DNA of 64,000 nt, from NCBI GenBank assembly GCA_905178155.1, contig CAJINV010000011.1:1139982-1203981 (forward strand), given 5' to 3'. The notes under the pieces were generated by a model. The model saw only the letters and a program-made list of their open reading frames with translations, did not search any database and was not told the origin of the DNA. The position numbers and the translations under genes were made by a program. Positions 52,107 through 61,901 of the stretch are shown here, piece by piece; the first letter of the stretch is position 1; the number at the start of each line of letters is the position of its first letter. This DNA is from Amoebophrya sp. A120 (taxonomy: Eukaryota > Protista > Dinoflagellata).

Positions 52107-55100
52107 ATGACCCTTCAAGCAACGAAACAATACCGCCTCGACTTTGAGGCGTTGCGGCCAAGCAAGATGGATCCACGCGGAACCTACAGCCAGGATTTGC
52201 ATTTGGAAGCGATTGACTTCAAGCGCCGAATGCGCGAGGCTGGAAATACTCTCTACGACGAATCTGGACCATTTGCAGATGCGGAGCCCTGGATGTTTAT
52301 TGCGTTCATGCCGGCTTCAGGATCCATTGTACATCAGATGTTTGTACCCGAAACCCATGGACGCCAGATTTACCGAAAAGTGTGGTCCGAGGTTGCTGCC
52401 AACCTATGCGGTTACGGCTGCACTGCTGTGCACGCTGCCACCAAGAATCCAGCCCGGTATGCTGGCATAGAGAGAACAAGGCCCGCACGAATTACAGTGT
52501 TTGACGCTGCGTTCGCCCAGTGGCTCCGTGAAGAGGGCCTCACGGAGCAGGCACAGCGCGTGACAAAAGTGGAGCTCGTGACGGATGCGACGGTGATTCG
52601 TCCAGGGTTCGCGATTGCTTCCGACCTGCATCCGGAAGAGAACACCTTTCGTGCACTCGTGGACAAGTTTTATCATGATTTCGTAGAGTACTTGGCGAAA
52701 GAGGAAGACGACCAACACTGGCTACAGGAACAAGATTCGCAAGCGCTGAAAAAAATGATGCCCAGCGAGACAACGCGAATTAGCACACCGCTGTCCGCAG
52801 CTTCTACGCGGACACGTTCCACTTGCCCTTCTCCGCAACAAGAGGAGGAGTGTAGTCCTGAAGAGCCTTGTTGTTCATTTACCGAGGGAGATATGGTCGT
52901 TGTTCGGGGACTTCAATCGGAGCAGGGAAAAGCGTTGAACGGCCAAATAGGAGTGGTGCTCGGGGGCGGCGCAAACAGCTCTACTGGGAGATTACCAGTC
53001 AAAATACTGGCGCAGGTAGACGTTTCGAGAGCCCTGAAAGCTGAGAATCTATGGAAGCCGCGCTTCGCCCTGGGCGAACATGTTGATGTCCGCTTGGGAG
53101 GTGCTGCAGCTTTATCGAACAGTCCTACAAATGCAGCTGCTCTTGTGATCGCGTACACAGCTTGTGACGAACTCGGTGCTGATAGAAGTAGTGCTGCTCC
53201 CGAATATCTTGTGGAGTTGCTCGCTAACGAAGATGAAGATACGAAAGGGACTAATGAGACGTCAGCCGTTAAAATTGTGAACGTGCCTCTTGTGCTGAAG
53301 CAGTTCAAGGAAAGCGAGTTGGTGCGTCAAGATCCGGCTGTGCGTGGAAAAATCCGTCCGAACACTGAGCCGCTGATGTGGAAGCCCGATAAGCAGACCG
53401 GCATTCCGGGCCCCTATATTGCCTATAATCGGTACGTTTCAGTGGCGGAGGGTAGATTTAAAATTTATTCCACAGCCATCGACGACCCGGACGGTTTTGT
53501 TACTGTCGATACTGCGAGCGATGCGCCGAACGTACCTGCCGACAAGGCAATTCTGCAGTATCACGCCCAGCACGAGATTCCGATCCGCGGCCGTGCAGAT
53601 GGCCAATGTGTGTTCGACTTGTTTACGCAGAAGAACGATGGTTCCCATCTTGCTCCGAGGCCTCGGGATGCGGAGTTTGAGGAGTTGGTGGACACCTTCA
53701 TAGGATTCTCGCACTTACACGGTCAGTTTGCATCGTCCAGGCACAATCAGGCCGCCTACACAAACAACGTACGAGTGCGCAAGAACCGTTGCTTAAACCG
53801 CTTGCGCTACCTACTCGGATCGAAGCGACTGCGCATGACACAAGCCCGGGCTCGGAGCCTTGAAGGTCTTTTTGATCCGCCCCGAGAATCGACATGTTAC
53901 ATGGGACACGGGGTTTCGCGCGACGTGGAGCTGGCTATCGAGCCTTGGTTCGGCCAAGCTTTGGACTTTTATCGCCTTCTGGAGCGACGCGATGACGTAC
54001 AGCCCGACGATAAGGACCGTTTCTACGATAACTGTGTTCAGGGGGTGCACAAAAACAGCCAGTATTCGAGATACATCTCGGCGGTTGCGGCAGATCAAGC
54101 CAAGAAGTACGCTACTGCGCAGGATCTTGCTGTCCAGCTTGGGTTTCTATCTGCAAACTACGAGTATTCGCTAGCACGTCGCAACAAACTTGCTCGCGAG
54201 GCCCTGCGGCTGGATTTGGATGGCAGCGTGCACGATGCCGCCCTTGCGCTTGCGCAAGATCTGCAGATGCGGGGACAGCGGGCCTTCGCGTTGCAAATTG
54301 TCGCTCAAACACTTCATCGCGTGCATGTGTCGTTTCCGAGGTACAGAGAGGTGCTAGAACGGATTTTGCCTGTCGCACTGAAGGCGACGGCAGCGGTACC
54401 TGAGCCATCAGCTAGTACCCGTCTCCTGAAGGCCACTGGACTTGAAGCCCGCGAACTGTTTCAAAGGGTTCACGAATTCGAGATGATGGTATACAAACGC
54501 GAGCTGCGTCTTCTGTGGAGTGACATGGAGCCTCGACCGTACTTGCGCCAACTCATGTTGAAAGCCTGCCTCCTTGCCGAAACTGGAAATCACCGGGCTG
54601 CAGCCGTCATCGCAAAAACGCTCCTCGTTATGAATCCTTCCGACACTGGGGGCATGCGGAAAGAATGCTGCAACTGGTGCGTTTCAGCTGGCGACTTTTA
54701 TTTTCTGCGACTCGGGATCCTAGAAACACCTTTTGAATGTATCGCAGCAAGGCATAGCGCAGTCATGCTGTACGTAAATGTCTGGATGGGAATTCGAGAC
54801 GGAGCGCCAGACCTGGCTTGTCGGTTTGTCGAAGCCGTGCAAGAGCACCCCCTGTGCCCGATCTTCATTCTAGAAAGGGCGGCGCGACTCACCGCGGGGG
54901 AGCCAGACACAACCACGGAAATTCGTCGCTTTGTTGCCGGTGAAGGCCCAGTGATAGATGGCGAAGAAGGAGATGGCGAACCAGATGAGCATATGGACGC
55001 GCGAATGTGTGCCTTCCAGCTCACAAAGCCTGTTTGGCTCGACGCTTCGCTGCCAGGCGGTGGAAATGGCTGCGATTGGTTGCGCAGACAGGTTGCGGCG

Positions 55101-57635
55101 ACATCGCGGAGACCGTCAAAAACCTCGCTTGATAGGCTGCTCTGCGAGCGGCGGTTGTTGTTAAAGGTGAAAAACAGCGCTTTGCTGCCAGATTGTATCT
55201 GCGAATCCTCTACTCGAGCGGCCGATGCCATGGCCCTCGCCTTGTCGAGTGGGTCAACGCCTCCCAGCCCGATGACCCCAACCGCCTTGGACCTTCGCAT
55301 CGTCTACGTGACAAAAAGAATGCAAATTATTCCGTTTCCGAAGCGCCCCGGAAGGCGAGAGTTGTTGACACAGCTAGTAGACCGAGACGGCCCTTCCTCG
55401 CAGGGAGCGATTACCACGACGGGATGCGGCCCACGTGTTGAAGCAGCCTTCGACGACCTCTACATTGTGCACGACGAGTTACAAGATAAATGGATCGCAT
55501 TCCGTCACGATGATGTAGTGGATGCGCCCCTGATAGACGTTTTGAAGAAGTGTGCACCGCCGGACGATCTTGCGTTGCCACTTGGTGAGACATGGGAAAA
55601 TAACTCACCAAGTTCCCGTGCGCAGGAACAAGAGAGGGCCCGGCAGCAAGCTGGCACAGACGATGAGAATCGGGAACGTGCCCTCTTCGAAGAGGATATG
55701 GTAGCGTCGTTTTTGCGACAATACCGTCACGCAAGCATCGCGGCGAAAAACATCACTAAGAAAGAATCGGCACAGACGCAGCGGCTGCTTGCATGCGAAG
55801 AAATATTGACACAGGTGGAAGATGAACTTCAGGACGGGAGAGCTTCTTTCGCAACGCGTATCGAGCTCGAGAAAATGAAGGAAGAGTTGACGGAAAGCCA
55901 CACTGCAGTCGTAGCACTGGGCGAAACACTCCGTGAGGACGTGGTCGACGTTATCTCCGATACCGTCGAGCAGGACCCAGACGTTTTAGCGGTTGTGGAG
56001 GCGCACGAAGACAAGCTTATTGAATCGTGTCGACGGTTGCTTCGATCAGCCACGGTTACTGCCGAGCGGATCACGAAACTCAAAACGTGCCTGACGGAGG
56101 CTGCTGAGACGCTTGACAACCTTCTGGCGAATCCGCAGCTGCCCACGAGCGAATCGCTAGTCGCAAACAAGGCCACGGACGGAGAGATCGCAAATCTGGC
56201 GATGAAGCTTGAAGAGCTCGGAGTCGAGAGTTGTGAGAAGGTATTTCCACAAAATCCTGCTTCCGCCGCTGCGGACGGACAGATTTCGGAGACCACGAAG
56301 GCCAAGACGAGCAAGTGCGAGTTCTGTGGCGAAGAGCTACCAAAAAACAGCAATGTGAGAAAGCGCCATATGAAGAAGTGCCCGAAACGTCCGATCTTTT
56401 GTGATCGTGACCATTGCCGCATGCGCATACCCGCCGACCGCTTTGACATTCATCTGGCCGAGGAGTGTGAGTCCCGCGAAGTCGAGTGTCCCCAGTGCGG
56501 CGAAGACACCATTCCATTCTGGCGCCTTGACGACCACACGAAAACGGAGTGTAGGCGCCGCGCTGTCCCCTGTACCCACAACCACAGTGCCGGCTGTACG
56601 TGGACGGGCGCATTCGAAGACCGCAGCCGCCACCTCCTCACCTGCCCTTACACTACGACGGAGTGCCCGCAGTGCATGGAGATCTTTCCCCAGTATCAGC
56701 GCGCGACGCACAAGTGCAAGCAGGTTCCGCCCCATGAGGACTGCATGGTCTGTTTTGAATCTTGGGAAGCCTTGGCTTCTCGCGGAAGCATGCCTGCCAT
56801 CCTGCTGCTCGACGGACGGCGGAGTTGCGTTTGCAAGTCGTACCTGACTTGCATACAGTGCGCCGAGCAGGTGCTGTCGGGGGCGACAGCGGAGAACAAA
56901 ACGCCAGTATGTCCCTTCTGCAGGAAGGCTTGCAACCTGATCGCGCCTGTCTCTCGAGACCTGCTTCTTAGCGGAAGCAGGTCCTCTTGTGCTAGTAAAA
57001 AGCAGCTGCCGGCCCGACGACCGCCGCGGGATGACGACGCGGCTTTCGAGTTTACGGAGCCCTTGTGTCGGCCGCCAGTTGCCTCTAGGGTCGGGAGAAC
57101 CTTTTGGGTATCCCCTCTTGACATCCGCTTCACTCACGATTCGGTGAAGGCGCTCTTCCGAGACTATTACGACCAAAACGAGAAAGCGCACCGCTGTCAT
57201 CAGGGCATTTTGGACTCTCTACGGGAAGTGCTGCGCCAGCAAGCGGCCGGGCTGGTCCCGGTCAGCCTGGAATGTCTGGACGTCTGTTGGGCAGATCCGC
57301 AGGCACAAACCACTTCAGCCAGCAGCAGCGGCGGTCCGAGCCCGCCGGCGCCAGGGAAAACTTTACCCCCGCGGCACCCTCGACTGTACCTGGCAGGCAC
57401 GGGCAACCGACGGCTGACCATGTGGAGGCTGTTGGCGCTGTATCGGCCGCACCAGTTCTCCCTGATAAAGATCAGAATCGTGGACCGCGCGGACCCGCGG
57501 GTTAAGTTTGATGAAAAATGCACGACGCAGAATGACGGGCGGTCAATTTGCGTGCGAGGTTGTGGCAAGGTTGGGCTGTCGAAAAGTGAACTTACGTGGA
57601 AAGAAGCACGGGATGTGCTTGAGGACAGGAAGTAA
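52107..57635 (+). CDS. Multidomain protein (SH3-like barrel, TPR-like, TRAF-type Zn fingers, RING, C-terminal ParB/Srx-like), 1842 aa, intronless
   Basis: Single ORF collinear with the upstream paralog. CPKRPIFCDRDHC..ECESREVECPQC TRAF-type fingers, CMVCF..CPFCR RING, and SPLDIRFTHDSV..GTGNRRL at the C-terminus. Confidence 0.85.
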   Translation: MTLQATKQYRLDFEALRPSKMDPRGTYSQDLHLEAIDFKRRMREAGNTLYDESGPFADAEPWMFIAFMPASGSIVHQMFVPETHGRQIYRKVWSEVAANLCGYGCTAVHAATKNPARYAGIERTRPARITVFDAAFAQWLREEGLTEQAQRVTKVELVTDATVIRPGFAIASDLHPEENTFRALVDKFYHDFVEYLAKEEDDQHWLQEQDSQALKKMMPSETTRISTPLSAASTRTRSTCPSPQQEEECSPEEPCCSFTEGDMVVVRGLQSEQGKALNGQIGVVLGGGANSSTGRLPVKILAQVDVSRALKAENLWKPRFALGEHVDVRLGGAAALSNSPTNAAALVIAYTACDELGADRSSAAPEYLVELLANEDEDTKGTNETSAVKIVNVPLVLKQFKESELVRQDPAVRGKIRPNTEPLMWKPDKQTGIPGPYIAYNRYVSVAEGRFKIYSTAIDDPDGFVTVDTASDAPNVPADKAILQYHAQHEIPIRGRADGQCVFDLFTQKNDGSHLAPRPRDAEFEELVDTFIGFSHLHGQFASSRHNQAAYTNNVRVRKNRCLNRLRYLLGSKRLRMTQARARSLEGLFDPPRESTCYMGHGVSRDVELAIEPWFGQALDFYRLLERRDDVQPDDKDRFYDNCVQGVHKNSQYSRYISAVAADQAKKYATAQDLAVQLGFLSANYEYSLARRNKLAREALRLDLDGSVHDAALALAQDLQMRGQRAFALQIVAQTLHRVHVSFPRYREVLERILPVALKATAAVPEPSASTRLLKATGLEARELFQRVHEFEMMVYKRELRLLWSDMEPRPYLRQLMLKACLLAETGNHRAAAVIAKTLLVMNPSDTGGMRKECCNWCVSAGDFYFLRLGILETPFECIAARHSAVMLYVNVWMGIRDGAPDLACRFVEAVQEHPLCPIFILERAARLTAGEPDTTTEIRRFVAGEGPVIDGEEGDGEPDEHMDARMCAFQLTKPVWLDASLPGGGNGCDWLRRQVAATSRRPSKTSLDRLLCERRLLLKVKNSALLPDCICESSTRAADAMALALSSGSTPPSPMTPTALDLRIVYVTKRMQIIPFPKRPGRRELLTQLVDRDGPSSQGAITTTGCGPRVEAAFDDLYIVHDELQDKWIAFRHDDVVDAPLIDVLKKCAPPDDLALPLGETWENNSPSSRAQEQERARQQAGTDDENRERALFEEDMVASFLRQYRHASIAAKNITKKESAQTQRLLACEEILTQVEDELQDGRASFATRIELEKMKEELTESHTAVVALGETLREDVVDVISDTVEQDPDVLAVVEAHEDKLIESCRRLLRSATVTAERITKLKTCLTEAAETLDNLLANPQLPTSESLVANKATDGEIANLAMKLEELGVESCEKVFPQNPASAAADGQISETTKAKTSKCEFCGEELPKNSNVRKRHMKKCPKRPIFCDRDHCRMRIPADRFDIHLAEECESREVECPQCGEDTIPFWRLDDHTKTECRRRAVPCTHNHSAGCTWTGAFEDRSRHLLTCPYTTTECPQCMEIFPQYQRATHKCKQVPPHEDCMVCFESWEALASRGSMPAILLLDGRRSCVCKSYLTCIQCAEQVLSGATAENKTPVCPFCRKACNLIAPVSRDLLLSGSRSSCASKKQLPARRPPRDDDAAFEFTEPLCRPPVASRVGRTFWVSPLDIRFTHDSVKALFRDYYDQNEKAHRCHQGILDSLREVLRQQAAGLVPVSLECLDVCWADPQAQTTSASSSGGPSPPAPGKTLPPRHPRLYLAGTGNRRLTMWRLLALYRPHQFSLIKIRIVDRADPRVKFDEKCTTQNDGRSICVRGCGKVGLSKSELTWKEARDVLEDRK

Positions 57636-58249
57636 TGCGGAGAATACATGTATTCAATTTCAATGTCAGGGGTACTTCTAGATCGACAAGAAGGACACGC
57701 GAGCATACTTCTCCTATACCGATTCCTGTATCTAGCGAAGCAAAATCTATGGTCCTATTCGTATTCCGCAATGTTGATGTACATGTACATCTCGTGACTA
57801 AATAGCTGCACCATTCGCAGGAGTAACAGCATTCTGATCCTCAAGATGTTGTGTCATGATAAATTTGTTCCTGCTGGTTGTAGACCGAGCACTTCGCTTC
57901 GCCTGCGGGCCGTTCCTCGTCTGCGTGTGGAATTCGGGAGGTCTGAGCGTTGTCTGAGTCCGGTCCTTTGTTGTTTTTGCGCTTTTCGTAAATTGTGAGA
58001 GATCACGGACGAGCGATCTTTTGTGCCCACTCAGCCAGTTTCTTCGATAGTGATAGATGAGCAGCACTACTAATCTAGCATGGAATGAACGGCAAGCAAG
58101 ACGAAGCCAGGAAGGATGACTCCAAGTACAACAAGTAAGTACTACGCCGTATGTATGATTGAAACCTTGTATTATAGGGAGTGAGATCTGTCAACAGCTA
58201 GAGCATACGAGTAACGTAAGCACCACAGCCTCCTCTTGCTCTTGTCAAG

Positions 58250-59953
58250 ATGGTTTCCTCCTCCTCGCGCGGCAAACCTCCTCCATCCTACTACGAGGTC
58301 CTGGGTGTCTCTAAAACCGCCGACCCGAGCTCCATCAAAAAGCAGTACCGGAAGCTTGCCCTGCAGTTTCATCCGGACAAAAACAAGGGGAGTAAAAGTG
58401 CGGAGGAAAAGTTCAAGCAGGTTGCTGAAGCCTATTCAGTTCTGTCGGATGTGGAGAAACGAAAAGCCTACGACCACGCCTTGAACAACCCGGCATCACG
58501 CGCGCCACAGAACTTCACGCCCCCCGACGCAGATTTCCAGTACTGGGGGCGTGCGCCCGGGGAAGGACCTGGAGCGAACCCTTTCGGGGAAAAACCACGG
58601 TATCATGATGACCACGGCACTGGAGGTTGGACCGGAGGATCACAAGCTGGACCTTTTGGAGGTTCAGATCCATTCGGCGCTAGGTTTACGGATGATTTCG
58701 CGGCTTTTACTGGAAGTGGACAGCCGCACGGTAATATGTTCGGAGATCCCGACCCTTCGTTTTCGCAGCACTTCAACCGAGGAAATAGACAAGATAGCAA
58801 TTATCGCCACACGACCCGTGCAACAACTGACCACCGGCACAGTCAGGCGCGGAGCCTCCACCGGCCGCCACGCGGGGTACCGTGGCGCCCGCCCAGTTTT
58901 TCCCTTCGCGACGCCTACAATCTTTTCGACAGCATGTTTGGTGGGCACGATCCGTTTGACAATGGGTTCACGAATTTGAACGTAGGGGTGATGTCCAGTA
59001 CAACTTCTTCCCGGAACGCAATCGCCAACTCCGCTACCAATACCTCGTCCAACACTACCTCCTGGGACGTGAAAACGACAAAGATCAAAAAACCCGACGG
59101 CACTGTCATAATCGAAACCAGCCGCGTCTGCCCGCAAACCGGCCGGATTGAAACGTCGCGAAGGAGTGAGAGTGGTAATGGTGGTTCTACTGGCGCTGAG
59201 ACGAGGAAGAATTATCCACGCGAGCAGCAAGAGAAATACGACCGGAGTACTAGAACATCATTTACATTTGCCAACCCCAACGGTGCTGATGATTACAATT
59301 TTGGTGGCGCGAGCACCAGTTTCGGAGAAGCGTTCAGTGCAACCAGCAGGAGCTCCTTTCCAAGACACAATTTTTCAAGCTCGTCGAAGACGTCTTTTCC
59401 TGCGTCGCATCGTGGTGAGCAGCGCGCTGCACCGGTGCCGCCGCGAGAACGTGCTCTACTCGCGAACAAGCACCAGAATAGCAGCGAGGATACTTTGGAT
59501 TCCCTTCCCGCAGGGTACAATCCAGGCCGCTTGACCGCTGGTGCCGGAGGGGGTTCCTTCTCGCATCGCAGTGCTGGTGGTGGCGCGCAGATCGCACGTA
59601 GCAGCTGGGTATCAAATGTAAAAATGTCTGGGTCTGGAAAAATGCGCGATTTGTCATGCACCTTTTCCATGAGCCATGAGGTCTGGAATGCAGGACCTAG
59701 TATGACAGATTCTGTGCGATCTTTCTCATGCCTATCCTGCATGAGAAACTGCCTCCCGACTTGGTCAAAACTGGGCGACTTTTGGTAATAATGCAACACA
59801 GATTTTTGCATGCTTCAGATTTAGCATGACAAGTTGCATTCTTCCAGACCCAGACACTTTTACATTTGATACTGGGCCACGGCGGGCGGAGCCGCGGCGG
59901 CGGCGGTGCAGTCGGCACGGGGTGGCGCGTTTATCGGATGGAAATCAAACTGA
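58250..59953 (+). CDS. DnaJ/Hsp40 J-domain protein (DNAJB6-like layout), ~478 aa; exons 58250-59609, 59877-59953
   Basis: [34 protein letters not shown]-domain with HPD, followed by a G/F-rich region. Excising the TIR intron gives RSSW|[25 protein letters not shown]. Confidence 0.9.
59610..59871. mobile_element. Introner-like TIR element (262 bp)
   Basis: 30-bp TIR TATCAAATGTAAAAATGTCTGGGTCTGGAA / TTCCAGACCCAGACACTTTTACATTTGATA (1 mismatch). Direct repeat CTGGG at 59605-59609 and 59872-59876. An empty-site copy lies at 61807-61900. Confidence 0.95.
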
Positions 59954-59954
59954 G

Positions 59955-60795
59955 ATCATCATCATCATCATCATGTTTGTGTTTGTCCTGACATTTGAAC
60001 ATTTGTCTTTCCTCATTCTCATGTGAGTGGACGTACACTCGAGCGCATTTCATTGTGACATTCGCGCTGTCACTCCGCGAACCAGAGGCCGTCCTGGTTG
60101 CGGTAGAAGCTCTGGCCGGCAACGTACTTTACTTCCCTTCCCGTGTTCTCGCAAAAATCTTCCCCGGACACCGTAAATTGAACCTCTGGGTCACTTTCTG
60201 CTTGCCAGTATTCCCCCCGGTTGGCGCCCGGCACTCTGCCCCAGCGCCTGCCGTTGATTTTTTGAAGGAACGCCGCCCGAGACTCCTCTGCTTCTTTTCT
60301 CTGTTGTTCTATCCTCGCCTTCTGTTGCTCGTTTCTTTGCGCCATTTCCCCCGTAGCTTGCCTCTGTTTCTTTTGCCGGTCGGCTCGGCCCGTCTGTGCC
60401 ATCCTTTTTGCACGCATAAATTCCTTTGTGGCTTCTGCATCGGGCGGGGCCTTGAAGAATTGCTCTGCATCGAGGCCGTAGTGGTGGAAGTCCTGCAACA
60501 CCAGCTTCCCCCACGGTGACTTAGTCGCGACCTCGTTTGCTATCCAGAGCCCGGAGGGCTCTGTTTTATCTCGCGCTGCGTGTGCCACCCAAGCCATACG
60601 CTTTTCCCGCACGGCTGTCTCTATGTCCAACACCCCCAATCGCCTGCATAGCTCTATTCTGCTCGCGTAGTCGTCCTCTTCTTCCTGTTCGTCGCTCTGC
60701 TGCTGCTCTCTCTGCCACTGTCTTTTCTCGCCAAGCCACGGCGGGGCCGCTGTCTTTTCTCGCCAAGCCACTGTCTTTCTCTGCCACTGTCTTTT
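59955..60795 (-). mobile_element. 5'-truncated non-LTR (LINE-like) retrotransposon fragment, copy 1
   Basis: Minus ORF 60070..60807 contains ELCRRLGVLDIETAVREKRMAWVAHAAR, resembling the post-RT C-terminal motif of RTE-type LINEs (I...RRLRWxGHxxR). (GAT)n 3' tail at ~59955-59975. No RT core present. Confidence 0.6.
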
Positions 60796-61331
60796 CAGCT
60801 GGGCCACGGCGGGCGGAGCCGCGGCGGCGGCGGTACAGTCGGCACGGTATCGAACAAAAATCTGTTATCGTTATCGGATTGGAAATTGCTGGCAAAGCCC
60901 ATTTTTTTTTGAAGTTTAGCTACTGACTTAGCTACCTCAACTAGCTATGATTTTGAACCAGTTGTGTGCATTTGGCCAAGCGCCGCGCCGAAGCCTGGAT
61001 CATGTCGAGCCCATTCTGCCGGGCCGTTTCGAGCTGCGCGCCAACCGTCCCAGGTGGATGCGATTTGCTCAGCTTCCGGCAGTGCAGGTTGGAAGCTTGT
61101 TTTGGGCTCATAAAGATCAATTTGTAACGTGGACCTGCGTCACAGGCGCGTCATGTTTTTGACATGGGGAAAGTGCTGAGCTGCCCACTGCATCACACAG
61201 ATAGATGCCCAGAAATGAGGCAGCTTGGGCGTGCTCTGGTTACCGCCCAGTCGTTGATGATGAAATCTGCCCGCCATCTCGTGGCCACCATCGTCGCCGG
61301 GCTCTGACCTGAGAAATTACGGAGAATAGGG

Positions 61332-61463
61332 CGGCACACGGACTATAAAAGTGACCAAAAATGGTGCTTCTTATCGGTTTGGCCTTCTGAACCGATAGCA
61401 GACACCTAAGCACGCCGGCACGCGGACTATAAAAGTGCCCAAAAATGGTGCTTGTTATCGGTT
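61332..61463. repeat. Two copies of a 48-bp direct repeat (period 84) containing TATAAAA
   Basis: CGGCAC(A/G)CGGACTATAAAAGTG(A/C)CCAAAAATGGTGCTT(C/G)TTATCGGTT at 61332-61379 and 61416-61463. Confidence 0.85.
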
Positions 61464-61901
61464 CTGCCGGAGGTCCGGCAAAACGAGGGCACTTTCCCCC
61501 CCCAGAAAGGAGGTCCGGAGGGCCTCCGGACAACAAGCATTCCCCTTGCCCAAGAACATCCCCAAAGACACCAGGAAACAAGGACGCCTACAGTTCTGCA
61601 AGACTCCAAAAAGGAGTCTTTGTCAGCGCGCCGCTTCGCCAGCTTGACGAGCGGATCGCCCTCGTCGATCTGCTTCCTCTTTGCCATGTCGATCGGCTCG
61701 CTCTTACACCCAAACCGCCCCCCCCTCACACTGACAGCAGACGCGTCGCCACCTATCAGCTTCCGGACATGCTTTGCAAGCACTCGCAGCCACAGTGTTT
61801 TGTTGGCGCACGTAGCAGCTGGGCCACGGCGGGCGGAGCCGCGGCGGCGGCGGTACAGTCGGCACGGGGTGGCGCGTTTATTGGATGGAAATCAAACTGA
61901 G

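Noticed and set aside
477-59811. Numerous minus-strand and alternate-frame ORFs (60-290 aa) overlapping the long genes
   Set aside because: They are shadows of GC-rich, Ser/Ala/Gly-coding sequence and show no recognisable motifs.
61332-61463. 48-bp repeat with a 36-bp spacer as a mini-CRISPR
   Set aside because: Only two units, no cas genes, and a eukaryotic context.
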